Made by a program: the position numbers and the translations under genes
Shown: in pieces, positions 8,846-17,841 of the stretch
Layout: every line of letters begins with the position of its first letter
How positions within the stretch are numbered: the first letter of the stretch is position 1
Assembly (NCBI GenBank): GCA_030527715.1
Contig: JAUNAF010000003.1
Location: forward strand, 1,641 to 65,640
Source: Eubacteriales bacterium
GTDB taxonomy: Bacteria > Bacillota > Clostridia > Lachnospirales > Lachnospiraceae
DNA: 64,000 nt
Reading direction: 5' to 3'
Notes under the pieces: model-generated
What the model was told of the DNA's origin: nothing
Databases searched by the model: none
What the model saw: the letters and a program-made list of their open reading frames with translations, nothing else

Positions 8846-10066
8846 ATGAACAAGAAAGTAATGGCACTGTTGACAGCATCTGTTATGGCGGCATCCTTTG
8901 GCGCAATGGTTTCCGCGGAAGACATCGAGATCAATGCAATCGTGGCAGAGTATGGACAGAACACCAAAGAGTGGTGGGCAAAATTCCAGGAGGATTTCAA
9001 TAAGGACAATCCGGGAATCGTTCTGAACGCAGAGGTGGTTTCCTGGAATGATATTTATACCGTAGTAAACACCCGTATTCAGGGTAAGAATGCACCGGAT
9101 ATCCTGAACATCGATGTATTCGCAGACTATCAGGCAGACGATCTGCTGCTTCCGGCAAAGGATTTTGTGTCTGAGGAGACTTATGCAAAGATGTATCCGG
9201 CATTCCTTGAGCAGTCTGAGATCGACGGTACCGTATGGGCAGTTCCGGATCTGGCTTCCGTACGTACCATGTATTACAACAAAGATATTCTGGAGGCAGC
9301 AGGAGTGGATGTTCCTACGACCTGGGATGAGCTTCTGAAAGCCTGCGAGGCGATCAAGGCTTACGATGACAGCATTTATCCGTGGGGCATCGATATGACC
9401 ACTGATGAAGGACAGGCTGCGTTTGCATACTATACCTGGAACAACGGCGGCGGATTTGTAGACGAGAACGGTGACTGGGCACTGAACAGTGACAAGAACG
9501 TTGAGGCGATCGAGTTCGCAGTAAATATGGTAAGCAGCGGTCTGACAAATACAGATCCGGCAAATGAGACCCGTTACAATCTGCAGGATATGTTCGGTAC
9601 CGGCCAGATCGCTATGCTGATCGCACCGAACAGCCTTCCGACCTACATCGCAGCAGGCGGCAACGAAGTAAACTACGGTATCTCCGCGATCCCGAGCAAC
9701 GGAACAGATTCCGTAGCAGCAGGTGTTATGGACCGTTTCATGTGCTTCGACAACGGCTACTCTGATGAGAAACTGGAAGCGATCAAGACCTTCTTTGATT
9801 ATTTCTATGAAGATGCACGCTACTCTGACTGGGTACTGATGGAGGGCTTCCTTCCGGCAACCAGCGCAGGCGGTGAGGCAGTTGCAGCAGCAGATGAGAG
9901 CATGGCAGCATGGGTTGAGATCGTTGGATCCTCCAAGTTCTATCCGACCGCAAAGGCAGAGTGGGCAGATGTGAAGCAGGGCGTCATCGAGGCTGAGCAG
10001 AGAGCGCTCCTCGGCGAAGATGTAAAGACTGTACTGGATGAGCTTCAGGAAGATATTGCGGGCTGA
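8846..10066 (+). CDS. Sugar ABC transporter substrate-binding protein (CUT1 family)
   Basis: Start moved to the ATG at 8846, after AGGAGGAAAAGGT. Signal peptide MNKKVMALLTASVMAASFGAMVSA with no lipobox Cys. Extracellular solute-binding fold, followed by two MalFG-type permease genes. Confidence 0.88.
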   Translation: MNKKVMALLTASVMAASFGAMVSAEDIEINAIVAEYGQNTKEWWAKFQEDFNKDNPGIVLNAEVVSWNDIYTVVNTRIQGKNAPDILNIDVFADYQADDLLLPAKDFVSEETYAKMYPAFLEQSEIDGTVWAVPDLASVRTMYYNKDILEAAGVDVPTTWDELLKACEAIKAYDDSIYPWGIDMTTDEGQAAFAYYTWNNGGGFVDENGDWALNSDKNVEAIEFAVNMVSSGLTNTDPANETRYNLQDMFGTGQIAMLIAPNSLPTYIAAGGNEVNYGISAIPSNGTDSVAAGVMDRFMCFDNGYSDEKLEAIKTFFDYFYEDARYSDWVLMEGFLPATSAGGEAVAAADESMAAWVEIVGSSKFYPTAKAEWADVKQGVIEAEQRALLGEDVKTVLDELQEDIAG

Positions 10067-10177
10067 TCGTTTTAGCAGAGATTCTGTAAGATCTGAATAA
10101 GCTCGAGCAATAAAAGCAACTGGAAAAGGAGAGCCGGGCCGTCACTGCCCGGCTCTTCGCAATAAGAGGAGAAATGT

Positions 10178-11068
10178 ATGAAAAACAGAAGTCTGTCGAA
10201 AAAGATAGGACCTTATCTGTGGCTGCTTCCGAGCATCCTGCTGATGACGATCTTTATCCTTTTTCCGATTTTTGAGGTTTTCCGCACTTCTGTGAGCAAA
10301 ATCAGCAAGGCTGGTGTGGTCAAGGGATTTGCAGGAATGGATAATTTCACAAAGGTGATCAGCAGCACCACCTTTGCGATGGTATTAAAAAACACGCTGA
10401 TCTGGACGATCGCGGTGGTGGGGATCTCCACTGTGCTCGGCTTTATCCTTGCCTTATTGTTGAACAATGAATTTTTCGGCCGAAAGGCTGCCCGTGCAGT
10501 GGTCGTTTTTCCGTGGGCAACGTCACTGATCATCCAGGCAAGTGTCTGGAAGTTCATCATTAACCAGGATTTCGGTACACTGAATACACTGCTGATGAGG
10601 ATCGGACTGATCAGCTCGCCGATCAACTGGACGCCGAGTCCCGAAGCCTATTTTGCCTGGGAGTGCTGGGTGGGTATCTTTGTCACGGTTCCGTTTGTCA
10701 CCTTCTGTGTGCTCGCGGGACTGCAGGGAATCGATGAATCCTACTATGAATCTGCAACGGTGGACGGAGCCGGTTTCTGGCAGAAGCTCTTTTCGATCAC
10801 GCTTCCGCTGGTCAGACCGTCACTGACGGTCAGCACGGTGCTGAATATCATCTATGTATTCAACTCCTTCCCGATCATCTGGACGATCACGAAGGGAGAT
10901 CCTGCGAACCGTACCGATACACTGGTGACCTATCTGTATAAGCAGGCATTTTACAAGGGCAGAACAGGAGAGGCAGCAGCGATCTCCGTGATCGGATTCC
11001 TGATCCTCTGTATCTGTGCTTCTGTTTACATGGTTCTGTCACTGAGAAAGGAGGAGGCAGATGAATAA
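10178..11068 (+). CDS. Sugar ABC transporter permease (MalF/UgpA-like)
   Basis: 296-aa polytopic membrane protein with an EAA-type loop (ESATVDGAGFWQKLFSITLP). Confidence 0.9.
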   Translation: MKNRSLSKKIGPYLWLLPSILLMTIFILFPIFEVFRTSVSKISKAGVVKGFAGMDNFTKVISSTTFAMVLKNTLIWTIAVVGISTVLGFILALLLNNEFFGRKAARAVVVFPWATSLIIQASVWKFIINQDFGTLNTLLMRIGLISSPINWTPSPEAYFAWECWVGIFVTVPFVTFCVLAGLQGIDESYYESATVDGAGFWQKLFSITLPLVRPSLTVSTVLNIIYVFNSFPIIWTITKGDPANRTDTLVTYLYKQAFYKGRTGEAAAISVIGFLILCICASVYMVLSLRKEEADE

Positions 11069-11915
11069 TACAAAGAAAACGACCTCCTCAAAAGATAAGA
11101 CACTTCGCGTGCTGCTGTATCTTGCGGTGCTGGTGCTTGTGCTGATCACGCTGTATCCGTACTTTGCGATGTTTACGACAGCGCTGAAAGCCAGATCAGA
11201 GATCTATGCGAAGAACGGAACCGTGCTTCCGATCATCTGGCACTGGGAAAACTTTGTGGATATCTGGAAGCTGGCGCCGCTTTCCCGCTATTTTGCAAAT
11301 TCCCTGCTGATTTCCGGAGGGGCTACAGCAATCGCGATCCTCTGCGGCATTCCGGCAGCCTACGCGCTTTCCCGCATGAAATTCAAGGGCAAAAAGTTCT
11401 TCCTCGGACTGGTGATCGTATCACAGATGTTTTCACCGGTCGTACTTCTGGTGGGTATCTATAAGATCATGAGCATGCTGCATCTGACAGATACGCTGAT
11501 GGCTCTGATCTTTATCAATGCCGCCTTCAATCAGGCCTTTGCGATCTGGCTGCTGCGAGGCACCTTCATGTCGATCTCGTCAGAGATGGAGCAGGCGGCA
11601 ACGATCGATGGCTGCAATCGTGTACAGGCCATGCTTCGCGTACTGCTTCCGGTGGCGGCTCCGGGCATCGTGACCGCACTGATTTTCGTATTTATCAATG
11701 CATGGAACGAGTATACCGTGGCACTGACGCTGATCTCCACTGATGTACTGAAACCGCTGACCGTCGGAATCACGACCTTTAACGGTTACAACATGATCGA
11801 GTGGCAGTACCTGTTCTCATCCTCATTGTTTGCAACGCTGCCGGTAGTGATCCTGTTTATCTGCATTGAGAAGCACCTGGTAGGCGGACTTACCTCAGGC
11901 GGTGTGAAGGGATAG
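11061..11915 (+). CDS. Sugar ABC transporter permease (MalG/UgpE-like)
   Basis: 284 aa, overlapping the upstream permease by 8 nt. EAA loop EQAATIDGCNRVQAMLRVLLP. Confidence 0.9.
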   Translation: MNNTKKTTSSKDKTLRVLLYLAVLVLVLITLYPYFAMFTTALKARSEIYAKNGTVLPIIWHWENFVDIWKLAPLSRYFANSLLISGGATAIAILCGIPAAYALSRMKFKGKKFFLGLVIVSQMFSPVVLLVGIYKIMSMLHLTDTLMALIFINAAFNQAFAIWLLRGTFMSISSEMEQAATIDGCNRVQAMLRVLLPVAAPGIVTALIFVFINAWNEYTVALTLISTDVLKPLTVGITTFNGYNMIEWQYLFSSSLFATLPVVILFICIEKHLVGGLTSGGVKG

Positions 11916-12009
11916 GACGATCCGGAAATCCTTTTTGAGTTTTCAAAACAGTTGAAGAAACCTCCTCAGAAATGGTATAATGGAACTACCATTTCGGGGA
12001 GGTTTTGTT

Positions 12010-13452
12010 ATGGAAAGCAGAGTGAAAAAATATCGGATCCGGCTGTTGTCCCTCCTGCTGATGCTGCTGATCATTGGCAGCAGTTCCTTTCAGGTTCTGG
12101 CAGCACCGGGGCTTAATGCAGCGGTGACAAAAGAGAATATTCTGGCGATCCTGGATACGTATGACAAAGATGGTGCGTATCTGGTACGGAATTCCGGAAG
12201 TCCAAATCCGGTGACAGAGTGGTGGGGTGCCAAAGACCGTCTGATCGATAAGATGGATACTGTGGTGCACGAATCCTTTCACTACTACACTTACTATAAA
12301 CATGATAAAGCAGATGCCTTTTACATCGGCAGTCAGCGCACGTCCCTGATCTATCAGACACCGGTGTTTCGAAGCAGTCTGATGGCTGCAAAGATACCTG
12401 CCTCGATGCGGACCTTCCGCTATGACACCTATCTTGGCGAGGGAAGTGCAAAGATGGCATCGAATGCTCAGGGAATTTACGGTCTGTTCAATGAGTTTAC
12501 CGCTTACTACTGGGGAATGCACACAGCTCTGGCACTCTATGATTATTATGAAAAGGTAGATGATCAGGATATCTATGTCTGGCAGCGCTATGTGACAAAC
12601 TGTACCAACGATATGATGGCCTATGAGGAGTTTCAGTATTACATGCTGCAGTATCTGCAGTATGCAAAGAAAAATTATCCAAAGGTCTACCAGAGTATTT
12701 TGCTGAATAAGGAATTTATGAGTACCTGGCAGCTGATCAACCGGGCGTATCGCGCACAGATCGAAGAATACACCGCAAGTCTCCCGAAAATTGTGGAGAA
12801 TATTTCCAGACAGGGATACCATGCACTGTATGAGGACGGTATGCTCTATATTAACGAAAAAGGTGCGGGAGTTCAAAAAACGACCTTTCAGGGAGCGGGA
12901 GTTCTGTACAGAGAACTGAGTACGGGCAAATATACTTCGCTGGAGAAGGAGCTTGGCATCACAGCAGGTCTGAAAGATATCGGCACGAATGTCAGCAGAA
13001 TGGCAAAGATCAAGGTAAAGATGGGAGGAGAACTCCACTATTTTGAACTCAGCTCGAATGGGAAGAATCTTGCCTATGCCGGACCGGTGAACAGACTGTC
13101 CAAAATGACGAGTCTGACGATTCCAAAAGCCATTGAGATCAGCGGCAGAAAATACAAGGTGACAGAGATTGCTGCAGGTGCCTGCGAGAAAATGAAAAAA
13201 CTGAAACTTCTGTTCCTGCCGGATACGATCACTGAGATTGGTGAAAAGGCATTTTCCGGCTGCACACGTCTCAGAAAGATCGAGATCGTTTCAAAAAAGC
13301 TGAAAAAGAAAAAAATCGGAAAGAATGCATTTGCAGGTATTGGCAAGAATGCCGTGATCTTCGTGCCGAAGAACAAAGTAAAAAATTACCGCAGTCTTAT
13401 GACAGCCAGAGGGCTGCACAGAAAGGCAAAGGTCAGAGCGATTGTACATTGA
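12010..13452 (+). CDS. Secreted protein with an N-terminal HExxH-containing domain and a C-terminal BspA-type leucine-rich repeat domain
   Basis: Start at the ATG at 12010, after GGGGAGG. Signal peptide ..SSFQVLAAPG. HESFH codons lie at 12268-12282. The C-terminus TSLTIPKAIEISGRKYKVTEIAAGACEKMKKLKLLFLPDTITEIGEKAFSGCTRLRKIEI is typical of LRR_5/BspA repeats. Confidence 0.6.
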   Translation: MESRVKKYRIRLLSLLLMLLIIGSSSFQVLAAPGLNAAVTKENILAILDTYDKDGAYLVRNSGSPNPVTEWWGAKDRLIDKMDTVVHESFHYYTYYKHDKADAFYIGSQRTSLIYQTPVFRSSLMAAKIPASMRTFRYDTYLGEGSAKMASNAQGIYGLFNEFTAYYWGMHTALALYDYYEKVDDQDIYVWQRYVTNCTNDMMAYEEFQYYMLQYLQYAKKNYPKVYQSILLNKEFMSTWQLINRAYRAQIEEYTASLPKIVENISRQGYHALYEDGMLYINEKGAGVQKTTFQGAGVLYRELSTGKYTSLEKELGITAGLKDIGTNVSRMAKIKVKMGGELHYFELSSNGKNLAYAGPVNRLSKMTSLTIPKAIEISGRKYKVTEIAAGACEKMKKLKLLFLPDTITEIGEKAFSGCTRLRKIEIVSKKLKKKKIGKNAFAGIGKNAVIFVPKNKVKNYRSLMTARGLHRKAKVRAIVH

Positions 13453-13534
13453 GATCGTAACTACAAGAAGGTCCAGAAGAAATCCGAAAAAGGTATTTCG
13501 AAGATATGCCTCTGTTCGTCAGGAAGGAGAGCGT

Positions 13535-14074
13535 ATGTACCGGATCCAGGCGGAAGATCGGCAGCTTCGCCGTATTCGCCGGATCTGCAGAAGAAAACAT
13601 TATGAGATCCGCCGCACTTATCCGGAGCATCTGGGAAGAAGCGACAGCTACAGAAGAGATTTTCTGAAAGCGAATCCCAGACCTCTCAGAGGATACCGCT
13701 GCCGTTACTGCCACCGCCATCTGTCTGAGCGGCAGATGACGGTGGATCATATTTATCCGGTGTATCTGGCGAAGACCGGAAAGGGACTCTGGATGATGCA
13801 CCTGGCGATGATCTTTGACGTCAACGATGTGAGAAATCTTGCCCCGGCATGTGCGAGATGCAATGCGAAAAAGGGCAGAAAGGCCGGACTCTGGGTCATG
13901 CGGGGGATCCTCGGAAAGTACCGTCTCTACTGGGTCCTGCTGCGAACGATACAGCTGCTGGCAGTCTCACTGATCCTGTATCTGGGATATCGCATATATC
14001 CATATCTGAAGCATAATAGTATTATTTCCGGCATCGTTGGATGGGTCGGAAAAATTCTGGAGGAGAGAATATGA
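13535..14074 (+). CDS. HNH endonuclease-domain protein with a C-terminal transmembrane segment
   Basis: Start at the ATG at 13535, after AGGAAGGAG. HNH core CRYCHRHL..TVDHIYP..VRNLAPACARCNAKKG. Hydrophobic tail YWVLLRTIQLLAVSLILYLGY. Arg-rich N-terminus. Confidence 0.7.
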   Translation: MYRIQAEDRQLRRIRRICRRKHYEIRRTYPEHLGRSDSYRRDFLKANPRPLRGYRCRYCHRHLSERQMTVDHIYPVYLAKTGKGLWMMHLAMIFDVNDVRNLAPACARCNAKKGRKAGLWVMRGILGKYRLYWVLLRTIQLLAVSLILYLGYRIYPYLKHNSIISGIVGWVGKILEERI

Positions 14075-14643
14075 AAAAGCGCAGACCACTGATTTTCCTG
14101 AATTCCCCGGTAATTCTTCTGTTTACCGGCATCTGTCTGCTGGCACTGCTTGCCAGTAATCTGACCGGGGGCAGAAGCAATGACCTTCTGTTTTCGGTTT
14201 ACCGTTCCTCGCTGGCCAGCCCGTTTACCTACCTTCGGTTTATCGGTCATGTCTTCGGTCACGTCAGCAGAGAGCATTTTATGGGAAATATCATGATGAT
14301 CCTTGTGATCGGACCGCTGCTGGAGGAAAAATACGGTTCCGCAAATATCGCGATCGTGATCCTTGTCACAGCTCTGATCACCGGCATCATTCAGTTTGTC
14401 TTCTTCCCGGGGGTGCAGCTGATGGGAGCGAGCGGAGTGGTGTTCGCCTTTATCCTGCTGTCCTCCTTTACAAGCTTTCGGGACGGCAGCATACCGCTGA
14501 CCTTCCTGCTTGTTGCCTGCATTTACCTGGGTGAGGAGATTTATGACGGAATCTTCCTCAGGGACAATGTGTCCAATCTGACCCATATCGTCGGCGGACT
14601 GATCGGAGCAGCCTTAGGATATCTTATGAATAAAAAGAATTGA
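14071..14643 (+). CDS. Rhomboid-family intramembrane serine protease
   Basis: 190-aa polytopic protein with GASGVVFAF (the GxSG catalytic Ser) and HIVGGLIGAALGY (catalytic His helix). ATGA start/stop overlap with the HNH gene. Confidence 0.8.
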   Translation: MKKRRPLIFLNSPVILLFTGICLLALLASNLTGGRSNDLLFSVYRSSLASPFTYLRFIGHVFGHVSREHFMGNIMMILVIGPLLEEKYGSANIAIVILVTALITGIIQFVFFPGVQLMGASGVVFAFILLSSFTSFRDGSIPLTFLLVACIYLGEEIYDGIFLRDNVSNLTHIVGGLIGAALGYLMNKKN

Positions 14644-14668
14644 ATGTAGAAAGTGAAGGACAGGAGTC

Positions 14669-16939
14669 ATGTGGAAGCATCAGAATATCGGAAGTCTGGA
14701 TGACTTTTTTCTAAAATTAAAACAGAGAGCAGTGCCCGGTGTCTATTTCTACCGGGTCGCTGTCTATTCAGAGCAGATAGATCAGTGGATCCGAAGATAC
14801 TATGAGGCCGCACGGACCAGAGGCGTCGTGATCGAGGGACGGATCCCGAATCCGGACGAGAAAAATCTCTCCTACTACTATGAGATGATGGGGGAGGAGT
14901 TTCTCATGAACGCAGGCTTTTTTCAGGAACGCCTGAAAAAATGGCTGCCGAGACTGCGGACAGACAAGCGAGCGGAGATGGCGGGAGCGATCTATGATTC
15001 TCTGGATGCACTGCGCCGTCAGGGCAAAAATGAAAACATGCTGAAAAATGCCTACATCAAATATATGTGCTGGCTGTACTATCGCTTTGAGCGGGTGGTG
15101 AATCTGCTCGGCGAGGAGGATCTGCCGAAGATCCTGTATGAAGGGGAGGTCAGCAATTATGAACTGCTGCTTCTCGGTGTTTTATCCAGCGTCGGCTGCG
15201 ATATCGTACTTCTGGAGTATCAGGGAGATGCCGCCTATCAGAAGCTTGATCCGCAGGAAAGATTTTCGACGGCACTGCAGATGGCAGGTACCTCCGGATT
15301 CCCGGCAGGGTATTCTCTGAAAAAGGTGCGGGAAGAGCAGCAGAAAGCACAGCAGCTGGCACAGCTGATCCCGCAGACAACACAGGTCAATGCGACAAAT
15401 ACCTGGATCACAGGCAAAGGGTTTGAGGATGTGCTGAAGGAAGGCTACGCGAGAGGAAAGGACGAGCGGTTCTTTTACAACTGCTTCTGCCGGATCCGCG
15501 GAGTGGAGGACCGTCTGACCTATACCAATGAGCTGCTCAGATATTATGAGGAGCTGAAAGGCAGCGGAAGAAAGATACAGATTTTTGAACATGAGATCCC
15601 CGCACCGACACCGGAGGAGATCTCAGGGATCCGCCGCGGAAATTATCAGAACAGAGAACAGATGCTGATGGATCTGAGCAGAAATCTGCAGAAGATCACA
15701 GATGCGGAGGTGCGGGGACTGGCTGTGAAGGCTCTGATGGAGCTGCTGCTTGCGCTTCCGAAGGAGGAAAATCTGAACCGCCTGACCGGAAAAGCAGTCT
15801 ATCTGATCTGCTGGCTGCTGCGCTACCATACACGGCTGTTTGCGGATCGCAGGGACCGCCATGAGCTTGCCTGTGTGCTGTACCTGGGCGGCTGCAGAAC
15901 AGAAAACGAAGCACTGTTCCTTCGCATGCTTGCGAGAATGCCGAGTGATGTGCTGATCCTGGTTCCGAATCGAAATGAGACCTGCCTGGTGGAGGACAAG
16001 CTGCTCTACGAAAAGAACTATGAGGAATCTCTGGTAGTCAAGTCCTTTCCGCGCGGCGGAAGAAGTGTTCAGGTCGGCACCGCTGCCTACCATGCGGAAC
16101 GTGATCTGGATCAGCTGCTCTATCAGGGGACCGGAATGTATCGCAGCATGCAGTTTCAGAGAGCAGATGCACTGACGCTTCGGACGATGTATGAGGAGAT
16201 CCCGCTGCTCTGGGATCAGGAGGTCAAGTACCGTCCCGGCTTTTCCACAACAGATCAGCTGGTACATATTCCGGTGATCTATGCAAAGATCTCGGGAGTG
16301 AAGGATGGAGCACTGGATGCCTACTGGCGCTCAATCAAAGGGCTTCTGACTGAGGATACGCATCTGATACAGGAGGGAAGGCTGCTGGATCTGTCACGCC
16401 CGAATCCGATGAAGCAGTATGCGGTAGAATTTTATAAAAACGGAAAGCTGCAGAGAAAGCATATAAAGGAGCATCCGAAATTCCCCTACAGTGTGCTGCG
16501 TGAGGAGACACAGGAATGCATGCTCGATGCGCTTGAGCGCGTGCTGAATGCAAAGATGATCCGCGGCATCGGTGAAAACGGTATGGAGTACACCGTGATC
16601 GCGACAGCGCTGAATCTGCCGAAGGAGATCATCCGTCAGATCCAGAAATTTGACTTTACGAAGAAGAACCCGAAGCTGATCAGTATTCACACGACAGAGA
16701 AGCCGATGGCGCTGGAGGATGCGATCGCGATCGCGCTCCTGCAGCAGATCGGATATGATATTCTCTTCTTTGTTCCTACCGGTTATCAGACGGCGGAACA
16801 TTATTTTCAGAACAGCCCGATGGAGGAGCACCAGATCGGAGAATACCTTTATGATCTCAGAACCCCGGACTTTTCACTGGTCTCGGCGGAGGATACCGCA
16901 AAGGGGCTGATCGGCAAGCTGTTTGGGCGAAAACGCTAG
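14669..16939 (+). CDS. Large uncharacterised cytoplasmic protein, possibly YceG-like (Ter-cluster-associated family)
   Basis: 756-aa ORF with good codon usage and an RBS (GGACAGGAG). No Walker A or other catalytic motif was recognised. The family assignment rests only on position upstream of two TerD genes, as with yceG in the B. subtilis yceCDEFGH cluster. Confidence 0.45.
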   Translation: MWKHQNIGSLDDFFLKLKQRAVPGVYFYRVAVYSEQIDQWIRRYYEAARTRGVVIEGRIPNPDEKNLSYYYEMMGEEFLMNAGFFQERLKKWLPRLRTDKRAEMAGAIYDSLDALRRQGKNENMLKNAYIKYMCWLYYRFERVVNLLGEEDLPKILYEGEVSNYELLLLGVLSSVGCDIVLLEYQGDAAYQKLDPQERFSTALQMAGTSGFPAGYSLKKVREEQQKAQQLAQLIPQTTQVNATNTWITGKGFEDVLKEGYARGKDERFFYNCFCRIRGVEDRLTYTNELLRYYEELKGSGRKIQIFEHEIPAPTPEEISGIRRGNYQNREQMLMDLSRNLQKITDAEVRGLAVKALMELLLALPKEENLNRLTGKAVYLICWLLRYHTRLFADRRDRHELACVLYLGGCRTENEALFLRMLARMPSDVLILVPNRNETCLVEDKLLYEKNYEESLVVKSFPRGGRSVQVGTAAYHAERDLDQLLYQGTGMYRSMQFQRADALTLRTMYEEIPLLWDQEVKYRPGFSTTDQLVHIPVIYAKISGVKDGALDAYWRSIKGLLTEDTHLIQEGRLLDLSRPNPMKQYAVEFYKNGKLQRKHIKEHPKFPYSVLREETQECMLDALERVLNAKMIRGIGENGMEYTVIATALNLPKEIIRQIQKFDFTKKNPKLISIHTTEKPMALEDAIAIALLQQIGYDILFFVPTGYQTAEHYFQNSPMEEHQIGEYLYDLRTPDFSLVSAEDTAKGLIGKLFGRKR

Positions 16940-16955
16940 GAAACTCGCACCAGAC

Positions 16956-16984
16956 TTGAAGGTTTTTGGGAATAGTGGTATAGT
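16956..16984 (+). promoter_or_regulatory. Candidate promoter for the terD-terD-ATPase unit
   Basis: TTGAAG (16956-16961), 17 nt spacer, TATAGT (16979-16984), preceded by TG (extended -10). Confidence 0.45.
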
Positions 16985-17106
16985 ACAGTAAAGTTCTGTA
17001 TGGACTTTATCTCAGTCGAGAAGACTTCCATCTCTGGAGGTGACAAGTCTCGTAAACTCGACTTGAAGAAATAGAAATCAATTATCAAATAAGGAGGGGA
17101 AGATAT

Positions 17107-17688
17107 ATGCCTATCAATCTTACCAAAGGACAGAAAGTGGATCTTACCAAAGGAAATCCGAGTCTGAAGAACATTCTGGTCGGACTTGGCTGGGATGTCA
17201 ACGCATTTGATTCTGGCGCAGACTTTGACCTGGATGCATCTGCATTCCTCTGCGGAGCAACCGGAAAGTGTCCGACAGAGAAGGAATTTGTCTTCTACGG
17301 CAATCTGGAGCACACCAGCGGTGCAGTGAAGCATATGGGCGATAACCTGACCGGTGCAGGAGAGGGTGATGATGAGGAGATCCAGATCGACCTGACAAAG
17401 ATCCCGGAGAATATCGAGAAGATCGCATTTACAGTTACGATCTACGATGCAGAGGGACGCCGTCAGAACTTCGGACAGGTCTCCAATGCCTATATCCGTA
17501 TCGTGGATGAGTCTACCGGAACGGAGCTGATCCGCTATGATCTCGGTGAGGACTTCTCTATTGAGACAGCAGTGGTAGTAGGTGAGCTCTACAAGCACAA
17601 CGGCAACTGGAAATTCAATGCGATCGGAAGCGGCTTCCAGGGCGGTCTTGCAGCACTCTGCGGACACTATGGAATTCAGGTTGCGTAG
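17107..17688 (+). CDS. TerD-family stress protein
   Basis: 193 aa with [20 protein letters not shown] and the Ca2+-site motif [15 protein letters not shown]. Confidence 0.93.
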   Translation: MPINLTKGQKVDLTKGNPSLKNILVGLGWDVNAFDSGADFDLDASAFLCGATGKCPTEKEFVFYGNLEHTSGAVKHMGDNLTGAGEGDDEEIQIDLTKIPENIEKIAFTVTIYDAEGRRQNFGQVSNAYIRIVDESTGTELIRYDLGEDFSIETAVVVGELYKHNGNWKFNAIGSGFQGGLAALCGHYGIQVA

Positions 17689-17841
17689 CACAGGACACCA
17701 CCAAGTATGAAAAGCCCGTCCAATGTCTGAGCATCTGATCGAGTAAACTCGACATCTGCTCAGCCGCTGTCCGGGATTTTCACAGCAAAATTGTGTCCGG
17801 GGGATGACACAGCGATCATAAAGAAAGAGGGGGAAACGCAT

